The translations under genes and the position numbers were made by a program. Under the pieces are notes generated by a model, which saw nothing but the letters and a program-made list of their open reading frames with translations, was not told the DNA's origin and ran no database searches. DNA of 63,802 bases, the filler included, from Klebsormidium nitens (Eukaryota > Plantae > Klebsormidiophyceae): NCBI GenBank assembly GCA_000708835.1. It is 8 parts of 8 records of this genome, joined end to end, with 100 filler letters (N's around TTAATTAATTAA, not from the genome) between each part and the next. Parts side by side here need not be neighbours in the genome. Positions count along the whole stretch, not along the records: positions 1 to 19,900 come from DF237927.1; 7 more parts are not named here. One strand, written 5' to 3'. Every line of letters begins with the position of its first letter. Positions within the stretch are counted from its first letter, which is position 1. Positions 1 to 12,400 of the stretch are shown here, one piece after another.

Positions 1-362
1 TTGATTGACCTCAGGCTGACCGGACGGCACCGGAATGGGGTTGCAACACTTTCCGGCCTTGCAAGTCGTTCCGCTAGCTTGCCGTTTTGCAAGGCGGAAG
101 GGGAGCACACGCGAGAAACCCTAATCCTGGACAGCAGCTCATGCAGCACCTTGGCTTTTTGAAGCCTGTGGAAAGAGAATTTCTTCTAAAGGAGGGCGTC
201 TCAGAGCTGTCTTCAGCTCAGACATCCCATGAACATAGTGGTCAACCATCTGCTGCTGATTGATTTACAGTTCAAATAGGGTCTGGAGGTGCAGAGGGTC
301 AGAAAGCCACTTCAAGCGAGTTCTTTCCTTCGCTAGAGCTCAGGCAGAAGCAGGGTACAAGC

Positions 363-3300
363 ATGTCGTTCCGGGAGCTCCGAAGTAAGCTCGCTGCCTT
401 TCTGCAATTAGAGCACAATCCTTGCCCACCACCTCAAATGATATGATTTTTGCTCCTGCGCCGACTGCTGCTTGTTAGTTGTATGTTTTTGATTGTGAGA
501 GGGCTTCCAAGCTTGACCTGTAAGTAGAACCAGCAAACACGGAACTTGCACAGTTGCACAGTTGTGTTGTCTTGTCCTGTGGGAGTGGTGGGACATCTCC
601 GGCCGAGTATACCACTCTGAACCTAGCTACTTTTATTGCTGTGCAGACTTCTCAGAGATCATGGAGTCCCTCGGGTACCCCCGTCAAATCTCCATTGAAA
701 GCTTCCGTGCCCCAAACTTCAAGCTGGTGGCGGATTGCTTGCATTGGTTGATAAGCAGGTAAGGCCCACAGACTGCCGTAGAATGCGCAGCCCAAACTAC
801 AGCTCCTTCTACAAAGCTGGTACCTTGGAGCCTCGTGTGAGCTAAGCAGCTCTTTTCCGGGCAATCTGCTCATCTAGACCAGGCAGTACCTGGGAGCAGA
901 GCTGTACTCTAACAGCTGGTGCTTAGGTGGACTTCAGCCACTGTTTTGAACCTTGCCCCTTTTCAGATTTTCACTTGGCGTAGGCACCAGGGCTAGAATG
1001 CACCTTGTGGAACTAGTGGGCATCAAATAGATGATAGAAGATGGAGCAGAGCTGTCTTATATGAACTGGTGCTTAGGTGACGTTTGCCACCTTTCTGGAC
1101 CTTTTTGGATGTTGCCCCTTTGACCATTGTGCTTGACGTAGGCACCGGGGCTGGAATGCACCTTGTGGAATCAGTGGGCATCAGATGAAACAGCAGAACA
1201 CCTGTCAAACAAACTGACTATTGTGCAAACGTTCTCCAAGATTTCACCTTAGCTCAATACCACTTTGAAAAGCTGGTAAGTAAATTCAGAAAGGAGAGCG
1301 ATGCATCCGAATTTGGGACAATGAACGGAAGCCAAGGAGTGGTCGTGGGAGGACACGGTGTGCGTCCAAACCCGCATCCCCCCTGGGGCCAGCCAAAGCG
1401 AGGTTACCAACTTTCTTTCCAATAGGATACTTCCTTTCACCTCTTTGATTCGATTGCTAGCGAGGCAAATTGTGGCACTTAGTCGTATCCATTTTGAAAG
1501 GAACTGTTGTACTATTACAAAAGGCAAATTGTCAGACCCACGTTCGACGATCCTTTTGAACCTGTCCAAGGCAACCAATCTGCAGATACGACCCATCAGC
1601 GGACTTGCTCTATGACGTCACCTCGGAGGCTGACCGCGTCTTCTTCCTCAAGTCTGCCACGCAAACGATGGTAAGCAAACAATCAGGGCCCAGTTTGACC
1701 TTTTGCAAGACTGTTAATTATCCTGAAGCCTCTCATAGCCTCCGGTAATTTTCCATTTCCAATAGGGCCGATTGTTCTGAGCACCCACAGGAGGGGTGGG
1801 GGTTAGAGTGGGTGCAGGTGCAGAGCGCGTAATGTTCTGTCTTAGCGATGTTTACTTGAGGTGCCCGGGGCTTATGTATCTCAAAACAATCTCCTGTATA
1901 TACAATCAGAGTCCAGTATTCCTCGTAGATCACTTGCACCGCCACTGAGGACAAGATATAGCTCAATCTTCTCTTGTACATTTTCAATGGAAGGGCAGTC
2001 CTGTTGACCCTGCTGGTGTGCTTTGATTCGGGAGTGCTCCACGAGGATTATTTTGAGCGCCTACATGTACACCCAGATACAGAGGCTAGTAAAGCTCCTC
2101 CAACTCAGCCAGTGATTTTTCCAACTTTTCGTATACCAGAGGCGGCGCTTGGAAATGAAGGTCTAATGCAGAGTCTGTGTGGAGAACTCTTTCAGACTTG
2201 TAGCTGAAAGTGATGCAACTTGTCGCCTGCAGTTGACCAAAGGCCGCATCAAGTTGAACCTGAAGAAGCTGTACGCTGCAGATGGCTATGCCGTGCGGGA
2301 GCTTCTGAAGATTGCGAGTGTCCTGTACAAGGCACTCAACATGCCAGAGGAGGAGGAGGTAAGCTATCAGCACCTTTTGTTTTGAGAATACCAATTGATC
2401 CTCCCAAATGATCCTCATGCTTAAAGGCTTCATGAAAGTTCGAACAAGACTGATCGGAGTTCGAACAAGATTGATCGGAGTTCAGCCACAGGTTTTGAAT
2501 TGTGCTTTTGCTCAAGCTGTTATCAAACAATTTCAGCCGATTTACTTTCCTCACTTGGCTACCTTACTGACTCAAAGAAGGTAAGAGGGAGCCACCAAAA
2601 CGATTTCGGAAGCGGGCGATCTCAGCCGGGCTCCACTGAACACGAAGCTATGGCCTGCTTTGATATGCCCAACATCTATTTTCAGGAAAGCGAAGAATAT
2701 ATAATTCAAGAAGGGAGTCTGTGTGATGGTATCAAGATTTTAACCCGATCATTTTATCCACAGAACGAAGCGGAGAACGAGCTCACTTTTTCCACGAGCA
2801 AGTCGCTGGACGTCAAGCAGACACGGCAGCTGGTGACGGAAATCACACAACGAGGGGCCGCCCTTTATGATGCGCTAGATAAAGAGCCCCAGTTGCGGGT
2901 GAGGTACCCCATTCTTCCATCGCACCGTTGGTTTTCTTCGTACTAAACCGAAACGCATCAGGAAGCATCAGCAGTTGCAACAGTTCTCCGGCATATACTT
3001 GTCCGGTTCCGTCTCCAGTTTCAAATGCTGCATATCATAATTGCGCGCCTCTTCGTGTTTACTCCGACTTCGACTTGGGCTTCGCAATGCATTTATGTGA
3101 AAGTACCTACTTGTCTGCAACCTTTTCCGTGAGGAACGTCTGAACATTGATCACGTCACGAATTGCTTGAAAGAAAACACTGTTTGTGGACCATCAGACA
3201 ACAACGTCTGTACATTGATTAGGTCTAAGAATTGCCTGAAACAGAGTCACTGTAGACCATCAGACTACAAGTCAATCATCGGATCTCCAGGAAACAACTT

Positions 3301-6300
3301 CTCATAAAGAGCTCTCCCACAAATCCTCCAGGACGCCCGGCAAGCCGCCATTGCGCGCAACATGGACATGGACGCGATTGAGCGCGCGGTGCGGCAGGCC
3401 GTGCAAGCCGTCCAGGAAAACATCCTGGGTGCGGACCGCATGCTGGAAGGGCTGCGGACGGACGAGGACCACCTGCGGACCAAGATCGACAAGCGGCGCG
3501 CGGAGCTCGAGCGCAGCGAGAAGCGCCTCAGCACGCTGCAGAGCGTCCGGTGAGCGTTCCCATGAGGCTTCGTGGTCCAAGAATTCTTTGTTCGCGTCAC
3601 TTGTTGTCCGGCCGTCTTTCGGGTCCTATGCAGTGCGTCCAGAGGTCGGCAACGAGCCTCAACTCAGAGCTCGTTTGAGTGGGCGTCTGTTAGGACGTCA
3701 TCTTCCGTTCGGAAGTCGTTTGGAGCCTCGAGTGAGTGTCCGAGGGTCGTTTTTTGACAATCGAAATCTGTCGGTGGGCGTCTAAGTCACGAGGGGCATC
3801 GTTAGTAGGTGCTATGGTCCGGTAAACGACGAAAGGTCGCGATGGCATCCAAGAAAAGAAAGGTTTTGTTTGGCTGAACAAGGGGCGTTTAAGTGCAATT
3901 CTCGCTGCTTACGGGGCATGCTAACCCGTCACTGAGGGCCCTGTTTCTGGTAGCCCGGTACACATGGACGAGTACGGGAGATATATCACAGGCCCTCTTT
4001 ATTGCCAGCTCGTCTCAAGCGCTTTGAATTTAGAACGGAGACTGGAGAGCTAAACCGTCGGCCCACCGTTGAATGAGAAGCCCGTTGCTTAGCACACCAA
4101 CTCCGGTCTCGGTTGAGCGAGGACTGAGAGGCCTTGTTTATGGCCAGGCCGGCGTACATGGACGAGTACGAGAAGCTGCATTTCGACTTACAGGGCCTCT
4201 TCTCAGTGTTTCAGCTTGTGGCAAGCGCTCGAGGCAACGCAGAAACCGAAACTACGCCTAACCCTTCAGTCAGAACCTGTTGCGTACCATAACGATTTTG
4301 ATCTGTCCGTGAACTGAAAAGCCCTGTTTTTTTGCCAGGCCGGCGTACATGGACGAGTACGAGAAGCTGCAGGGCGACTTACAGGGCCTCTTCACGACGT
4401 ACATGGAGAAGTTCCGCAACCTGGAGTGGCTGGAGGGGCAGCTCGAGGCGCACAACCGCAAGGAGCAGGAGCGCATGGACGAGAGCGAGCGCGCGCTCAA
4501 ACGGATGCAGCGGCGGATCAAGGACGAGGTGGGGGTTTTAGCTTCCAGGGCTTTAGGAATTTGGGTTTTTGGGGTTCAGACATTGTGGCTCAGGGTTTCT
4601 TACTGGGGTTGGAGGAGTGTCTGGACAACAAGCGGCGTGCGTTGAAGCGAATGCAGCGGCGAATCAAGGACCAGGTTGGGTTTGGCTTTCAGGTGTTCAC
4701 AGTTTTAGGGGTCTCAGGATTTTGGGGGTTTGAGGATAGCTATACTTTGTTTTCTTCAACATTCAATGGGGTTTAGAGTTTGAGGAGCGTACCTAGCGCG
4801 CGCTCAAGCTGTTGCATCACCGGATCAAGGATGAGGTGGACTGTTCAGGATGCAAGGATTTTGGTTTTAGAGCTTCTCCGTCGAGGGCTTTCGAGCGTTT
4901 GAAAGATATGGGAGCGTCTGGACGTGAGCGAGTGCAAGGCTCAAGCGGATGCAGCAGACAATAAAGGACAAGATGGGGGAGATGAGATAAAGGGAAAGGG
5001 CTGTATGAACCCAGTTGTATGTTTGCTGACTCCCAAAAGCATGCGACTCTTGCTCCGCCCTCCTGCAGGTCGCGGTCAGACGTTTGACTCTCCCTTACCG
5101 CGGGCCGTCGGTTTGCCGCGCGGGTAAAGGTACCAGGATTCTTGGAATGTCGTAGTTCTTCTAGTGACAAAAGAAAATTCTTGATACAGATTCTACGGAT
5201 GGACATGCTTCAGCCGTGCATCTTGGTCGCTGACTGAGTCCCTCTTTCTCGCCCCAGGAGAAGCGCGTCCTGCGCAGCGAGCAGTCCGTGAGGTACAGCT
5301 ATTCGGAATGGACGCCAATCTCAGCTTGCTTGTCAAAAGCTTGAACGAATCGCGCCTTTTTCGACTTCCAGGAGCAGCGCATCCTGCGGGGCGAGCATTC
5401 GACACCTTCTAAAGATGCTTCGAACTACAGCAATCTCAAGAGAGAGTAAACAGAACGGAGAGTTTTGGCTGCTAAGGTGACTTGTTCTCCTCTTTCCGGG
5501 AGCAGCGCATCTTGCAAGGCGAGCAGTCCGTGAGCTACACGATTGGACGCCAATCTTTGACGTGGATTGTCTTGCTCATAAGATTGCCACCTGTCATTTC
5601 AGGAGCAGCGCATCCTGCGCGGCGAGCAGTCCGTGGACGAGTCCAAGGCGGACGCGGACGACTCGGACGAGGAGGCGGACAGCTCGCGCGCGGCGAGCTC
5701 GCAGAGGAGCCGCTCCGCCGCGCGCACGCCCGCGAGCAGGCAGTCCGCGGGCGGCTCGGGCCGGCGGGCGGAAATGCAAAGCAAGGTGGGGACAGTGTCG
5801 GCATTCCTGCATATATGGTTGTAAGGCTATGAGCGAGGGAAATGATCGAGCGGTGGCGCTAGTCTCTCCCAAATCCTGTAGATTTCCCCGCCCGCATGTT
5901 CGCAAGCAGGCAGTCCGCGGGCGGCTCTGGCCGGCGGGCAGAAACCAAGGTGGGGTTTATGAGGTTTTCAGGGATCCAGGTTTTTGCGACTTTGCGCTTG
6001 AAAGCTTTACGTAAATGCGGCGGAACGGCCAGGGCGGGCTTAGGCGAATGTTGGTGTGCGCTTTCGAGAATGTGAAGCCGCTCTTCTGCGCACACGCACG
6101 CGAGCAGGCAGAAAACAAGGAGGTCCGCCGCCGTCGTCTCAGTAAAACGTTCTGGCTCCAACGCTGCTTTTTCGAAGGGACTTCCGGAATACCCTAAACG
6201 TTCCACATTTTCTAAGTTTTCTGAGACAGCCGCCCTCGTAAGCTTTCTCTGTCTGACCGCCTCGCTGAAACTCCTTCAAACGATCTCAAGAATGCTGAAT

Positions 6301-7992
6301 AAGAAGCTGAGGCAAAATTAAGGTAACCTCCTGGGATGGGTAGGGTTAGCTGGGGGGTTTGATGGTAGGTACGAGTGCGGAGCAGGTCAATGACCCGGTT
6401 AAAATTTTCAGTGCTACTATGAGCTTCTTGTCATGTTAGATCCTACTTATGTTGAGAATGTCGGGATTTGCGTGGCGCCTTTTCTGGACAGCGCTCAGGG
6501 CTTTCATCCGGGGCAAGCCATCGAAGGGGGGGCGCCGGTGGGTCGCGACCTTGTCTTTAGCGAGTAAAATCGTGAAGGGCAACTCTAAGAAAATTGCCCT
6601 TCGAAAGTCGGAGGCTGTAAGTTCCTGACACAACGGTGACGTGGGGACACTGAATCTTTCCCTCTGCTGAACGCCTCTCTGGCCCTCTTCGGCAGGGCGC
6701 TTTTGCCGGTCAGCGCCCGGGGCTTTCTCCCGGGGCAAGCTCTCGGGGAAGAGTTGTTGCAGCCGCAATCGCTTCTTTACGGGAAGCCAAAGAACTGCCC
6801 TTCAAAACAATCGGTGATCCTTCCAGGAAACTTCGTGACGTCGGCAAAGTCAAGTTCTCAGTCCATTCTACGCCTATTTGCAGGGCGCCTTCATCGCTCA
6901 GCGCCCGGGTCTTTCGCACCGGGCGAGCTGTAGGGGCGGGGCCGCCGCGGCCGCGATCCATCCTTTAGGGAAAACTAAAGGGTTGCCCTTCAAAATAATC
7001 GAAAAAAAAATCGGTAAAAGTTGTGCTTTTGGCACACCTAAGTCCTCACTTCGCTTTACCCCTCGTTTGCAGGGCGCTTTTGCCGGTCAGCGCCCGGGTC
7101 TATCTTCCAGGGCGAGCTCTCGGGGCGGAACCGCGGTGGGCGAGATCTCTTCTTTTTGGGAATTAAACAGAAGCCCTTCCAATCAAATGGTAAACGTCCT
7201 CTAAAATACGTAGGCACATCTAATCCCTGATTTGCGCCTCTTGCGCAGGGCGCTTTCGTAGGTCAGCGCCCGGGTCTTTCTTCCGGGGCGAGCTCGCGGG
7301 GCGGAACCGCTGTGGGCCGAGACCCCGAGGACGACGAGTCGGACCTGAGCGACGAAGACGTCCGAGATGTGGACGGGGGCGAAGACTCGGAATCGACGCA
7401 CCTCACTCTGAATGGAGACGAGTCGTCTGGGGTGAGCGTCCGCGCTGTGAATGATATCAAGTTACTTCGTCATCTAGTTGGTTTTGGAGGGACTCTGTGT
7501 TTCTCGGCTTCCGGTTCCGTGTGGGTCGTAAAGGATCCAAGTCTCATCTCGGAACTGGCGCACCTCACTCTGAACGGGGATGAGTCGTCTGGGGTTAGAG
7601 TCGTGGTCTGATCACTAAACCGCTTCGTTTTGGATGGTTATTGATGGATTGTGTCTTCTTCTCTGGTTACCTGTTGCGTGTGGGTTGTGGCAAGTTCGGC
7701 AACTCGGTTGCGATCGCGAATCTCGAACAAGACCTAAGGAATCATTTTGATTATTGGTTATGGACTATAAGAGAGAGACCGTCGGGTTGTCCTTGCAAAT
7801 TGGTTTACAGAACGCTCTGCTTATGGTCGGCTTCTATTCCTACGGCGTTGATTGAGAGGTTGGGGCTAATAACCGTATATTCCTCTCTTCCAGGATGACC
7901 TGATAGCGGACGACGACGAAGACTTTAGTGAAGACGAGGGTGGGTCAGAAGAAGAGGACGAAGAAGAGAATCCTAGCGACAACGATTTCTAG
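363..7992 (+). CDS. CLUAP1: Clusterin-associated protein 1 / intraflagellar transport protein IFT38 (FAP22, qilin); 10 exons: 363-384, 647-758, 1586-1670, 2233-2358, 2764-2898, 3332-3549, 4339-4528, 5603-5785, 7249-7431, 7894-7992
   Basis: GT-AG introns with consistent phases give [48 protein letters not shown]...[27 protein letters not shown]...[12 protein letters not shown]... with an acidic tail ending SDNDF*. The N-terminus, core motifs and C-terminus match CLUAP1/IFT38. Confidence 0.95.
893..1185 (+). repeat. Two-copy degenerate tandem repeat (~150 bp unit) in CLUAP1 intron 2
   Basis: GGAGCAGAGCTGT...CTGGTGCTTAGGTG...GTAGGCACC(A/G)GGGCT(A/G)GAATGCACCTTGTGGAA..AGTGGGCATCA starts at 893 and again at 1043. 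Confidence 0.85.
2438..2484 (+). repeat. 21-bp minisatellite, ~2.2 copies
   Basis: GTTCGAACAAGA(C/T)TGATCGGA x2 then GTTCA; intronic. Confidence 0.85.
3935..4338 (+). repeat. Degenerate tandem copies of the CLUAP1 exon-7 acceptor junction
   Basis: AG|GCCGGCGTACATGGACGAGTACG recurs at 4148 (close copy) and 3954 (more diverged) ahead of the real exon at 4339; spacing 191 and 194 bp. Confidence 0.85.
4600..4985 (+). repeat. Degenerate tandem copies of the CLUAP1 exon-7 donor junction
   Basis: ...GCGCTCAAACGGATGCAGCGGCGGATCAAGGACGAG|GTGGG is echoed with donor-equivalent positions 4675, 4836 and 4973 (real donor 4529). Confidence 0.8.
5240..5602 (+). repeat. Degenerate tandem copies of the CLUAP1 exon-8 acceptor junction
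   Basis: AG|GAGCAGCGCATCCTGCGCGGCGAGCAGTCCGTG is echoed at 5258, 5372 and 5500 (real exon 5603). The 5258 and 5500 copies share a downstream TGGACGCCAATCT, giving a higher-order dimer. Confidence 0.85.
5885..6130 (+). repeat. Degenerate copies of the CLUAP1 exon-8 donor junction
   Basis: GCAGGCAGTCCGCGGGCGGCTC.GGCCGGCGGGC.GAAA..CAAG|GTGGGG is repeated with a donor-equivalent at 5950 and a weaker copy near 6120 (real donor 5786). Confidence 0.75.
6455..7248 (+). repeat. Four degenerate tandem copies of the CLUAP1 exon-9 acceptor junction
   Basis: CAG|GGCGCTTT...GGTCAGCGCCCGGG.CT.TC..CC.GGGC.AGCT is echoed at 6474, 6696, 6884 and 7073 (real exon 7249). The most distal copy is the most diverged. 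Confidence 0.85.
7550..7605 (+). repeat. Single echo of the CLUAP1 exon-9 donor junction
   Basis: CGCACCTCACTCTGAACGGGGATGAGTCGTCTGGG|GT at 7594 copies the real donor at 7432. Confidence 0.8.
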
Positions 7993-9460
7993 TATCTATG
8001 ACTCCGTAGAGTCCAAGCTAGAAGTTCAGTCCTGTAATGCTACATGTATCGTATCCTGCAGCCAAACTTGGGGTGCATTCAAGTGTGCACATCTCCATCT
8101 TGTGAAACCTCTTCGATTCCTTGGGCCGCGTCATGTAAGTTCATTTGTTTCTTGCTTCTTGCATGTGGCTCAGACTTCTAAGCGGCGCGGCTCGTGACGA
8201 TGTGCGAACGTTATGCATCCAATCAATTGAAGCTTGAAGATGGCCGCGGGAACCATGCATGGTGCTAATGTATGCATGTAATGTGCCTATATGTAGCATC
8301 CTACATTTCTGACCGGACCGTCTGATCCATATGCATATATCACATGAGAACTTCTATGCAATTGATCTGAACGGTTGAGCTCGGCATGCACTTATACGTA
8401 TAGACCGCGTACATACTTAGTAATTGTGAAGTCAAAGTTTTAAGGAACTGAGGGCAGCCCACCGTCTAGTTGGCGGCTATAGAATTCGTTCAATAATGCG
8501 CTTGCAATTCGTCATGCTGCGGCGGTTAAACAAGACGGAGATCTACATACTATTAGCCACGTACGTACTGCTTGTTAACTGCATGTGATTTGGGAAACCT
8601 GATATGTGCTTAGCAACTTCTTTTGCACAAAGGCTAAATTGAGTCCCTATCCCTGGCAAGGTACTGGTACTAAACCAACATGGAACCTAGCTACGGTGCA
8701 ATTCTGGAGCAGTTCGTTGCGTTAGCCTTGCGCCGGAGCTGATCTATAACCACCATATGCTGTACCAGTTCCTACCATACTATGTCTACTGAGTCCCTGT
8801 CTACTAGCATACTTTGTATCTAATATACTATATAAGGGTGTCCACTAACCTAGTTTTTTCTCCCTACGAAGTCACGAGTTTCTGAATGGGACCTCTGGCT
8901 TGAAGTCTACCTCAGTCTTGCTCACAACCAACGGGACTAAAACCCTACTGTTACAATTGAAACTTCAACCCCCGCAGGTTACGGACCAGGAGCTAAAGTG
9001 ACTACTCTACACCTACTTCACTGATTTTCTGACCTGTTTTACTTACTGTCGATGCCTCTAGGCTTCTACTCGAATGGAGTTCAATGCGTACTAGTTCGAG
9101 CTACAATCACAACCATTATCGTACACCTTCAATGCAATCCCAACGGACATCCGAAGAACCCTGCTCACGAATGAGCATCCCCATTAAATGGCAGTGTGCA
9201 CTCGCAATGCTGCTCGCCCAGCGTGCAACCTCGGTGTACTACGTCGCACGGCGCGAGAACATACTAGCCAAGCGCTCTGAAAGTACCCCAAAGTGTGCCT
9301 TGCTGCTCCTCTTGCGAATCAGGGCGCATGTTGACACTGACATGTGGAGCTATGAGAACGGGACCTTATCTGCTTTCCTTTCTTGAGAGCGCACGATCCC
9401 TTTCCCGTTTCCCTTCCGAAACAAATTGCATCCGAGAAGTAGCCCCAGTCAGCGCCTCCC

Positions 9461-12400
9461 TTAGGGGGCATCCCTGGCCTCCAATAAAGCGCTGGTGGAA
9501 GACTCCGCTGCGTTGCTTGGCGCGACAGTTGCCTTTTGGAACGCCGACGTTGATGGGGCGCTTTTGTCTTCGAGGCCAATCTCAGGATCGTCGTCGAGAG
9601 GCATGTACTCTGTGATGATTGCGCGGATCTCCTCCTCCATCGCAGCCTGTAAAGGGAGATATTATTCCAGTGAGTGATACAGCTGCATCGCAGCGCCACT
9701 CCATGTGTTTCGCCTTTCTCCCTAAGACCGTCTCTCAAGCGCATTTTAGGGGCGTCGACAGCTTGAAGCCCGAGAGGAAAAGGAGATGCTGTAGACCACA
9801 AATTCGGTCCTCAGATCAGACCAACTTTTCCCGCTCGCTGCCGTTGATGCTCTGTCTTCGGGGCCTGAACAGCTCTCAATCTCCGCAAAGCCAGCATAAA
9901 GGAGATGACCAAGGACCATCAGAATCAAGAATGATGATTTCTTGAACGGGGAGGCCCAATTAATACGCTGCTGACACGCGAGTCATGTTCTCGTCGAAGT
10001 AGATTCACAAACGCGGCTCCCCCAAAACGCGGCCTAAAGACACGACGCAGCCAGACGCACCCTCATCCTGTACTTGTAGAGCCCGAAGCCCCCAGCGGCC
10101 GCCAGGACCATGAAGAGGAATGAGACGCCGAGCGCGCTCGCGAGCCGTTGATCGGCGCCACGTGGCACGTCGGTGGCCATCCGGATGCAGGACGCGCCGT
10201 CCCCGGGGTACAGGACGTAATTGTCGTGGCAGACGCAGAAGTAGGAGCCGAGCGTATTCACACAGCGGTGCTCGCACTGGGCGCCGTTAGTTGCGCACTC
10301 GTCGACGTCGGTGCAGTTCTGCAGAGACAAGATCAGACTTTGATTCTCCTTCGCGACATTCGAAGACGACAGTTCCGCGAGAGGAATTGCAAAAGCGAAA
10401 CATTTGCTTCCAGTCTGGCAGAGGTCGAAGGTTCGCAGAATTTTGCCAGGTGCGATCAAAACCTCAATACACCAAAAATTTCAACTCAAGAGACAAGACG
10501 AGGATACTTGAGCAGCGGGGACGATAGGCCAGGAGACAACGAAGAAGATGAACAGAAACAGCCTTTAGCGACTGTCACTAACCTTGCCGTCTTCGGCGAG
10601 GGTGAACCCTGAAGCGCACGTGCAGAAGTGGGAGCCTGGAGCATCCACGCAGCCCTGCGAAGAAGAACGAACAAACGTCAGCGAAATCTGCGTCGGATAT
10701 AGCACCCTCCACCAGCTTGCTCGAAGGGGGAGGAAGCCCACAGAACTACAACATCCAATCTTGATGCGTGCGACTGCCAGCTTGCGTCAAAATTGTTTGC
10801 GGAAGAAAAGCCTCTTCTCTCCCCCTTTCCCTCGTTCTGCTTCGTCGCTCGTTTTCTCAGAAGGCATTGCCAACTTGCGCTAGCGAGAGTTCCAGATCCA
10901 GATTGGCAAAATTTCGACTGACTTTGACCCCGCGCTGCTCTCAGTGATCCACTGACCTGGGCGCATCCACCGTTGTCTTTCTTGCAACCGCTCGGTTCAA
11001 CGCAGGTTCCATCCTTGGACCGCTCATAACCCGGCTTGCAGTCCTGTAAGGATCAACAACATTTTTAGTCGTCCCCTTGTTGATTGCTAAGTACATCGTG
11101 TGACACCGATCTTATCACGCATGCCCTTTTGCTAAGAAAAGAGTCTTTTTTTGCTGTGATGGTTGGGAGAGCGCCCAGAACGTGTCGATAAACAACATAG
11201 CCGCTTTCATGTCTCTCTTTTTTGTACAAAGGGCTGTATGCGCGCTTCGTCCAGGCCAGACTTCGTGTCTCAGTGAGGAATGTATGCAGCAGACCATCTT
11301 TTCCACATTATGCAGCGAGTGTTTGTGTTGGTCGCCGGTTGCATGCTCGTGTCCATCTGCTTTTCAACGGCAGCAGGTCTAGCCCTCGCTACCCTTGGAG
11401 GTGCGCCGGGCTGATGCCTATCCAAAGCTCTTCCGCATACGAGTCGTGCGTCCAATTGCAAGCTTGGAACGGATACAAACGAAAGATAAAGCACTCGGCA
11501 GCACACACCTGATTGCGACAAATCAAAAAGACCAACTGCCCACAACAAAGAAGAACTGAGCATTGGACATGAAGGGGCAATGACACAGATTGAAAGGAAA
11601 GCCTGTGAACTCCAGAAAATTTGAACTAGGGAAAGAAAGCGAAGGAGAGAACTGGCACTCACGCATCGGTAAGAGCCGGGGCTGTTGACGCAGACTTCGT
11701 CGGCGGGGCAGGCGGAATCGACGTCGGTGCACTCGTTCAGGTCGCGGCACTGGTAGCCGTCTCCAAGGTACCCCGTCGGGCACGAACACTTCCAGCCCCT
11801 GGGAAACCCACAAAAAGAATGACCCACATTTCGAGAAATTCATAAAAGCTGAACCCAAGAAGAGTGAGCAATGTTTCGAGGATTGCCGCAATAGCTGCTC
11901 CTAGATACCCCTTAGGCACGCACACCCGCAGCACCTGGGAAAGCCACGAAAGGATGAGGCCACATTCGAAGGATCGCAACATGAACCGTCGTCAGGGCAC
12001 AGCTCATGGGCTCTGTAAGAGTATCGGCCCTAATCCCGGAATTTTGCAATTCCGGACGGGTAAAGCAAAAACCTCGGTACGTCAGGCACGCAAAGTTTCG
12101 GCCCCTGGGAATACCCAGAAAATTGGGAGCCAGGATTCGACGGCCGGAGTTATGGTCACTCCTATGTCCCAACACACAGGGGGAGTATTTTCAAACCTTC
12201 CCAAAGCGATCGTTACACGCATTCGAAGTTCTACTGAACAGGCCTGAATAATCGAGATAAAATAACCACGAAAGTCGAAGCCTCGTGAGGGCGATAGCAC
12301 AGTAGCCGTTCGACTTTACCTATCCAAGATGGAGCTCGAAACTGCGTCACGTGTCCCTTTTCAAGTAAGGATCTAATTCTCAGAAACCTCCGCTCGACAA

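Noticed and set aside
5240-7248. Repeat-spacer-like arrays resembling CRISPR
   Set aside because: The 'repeats' are degenerate copies of exon ends, the 'spacers' are related to each other, the context is a eukaryotic intron, and there are no cas genes.
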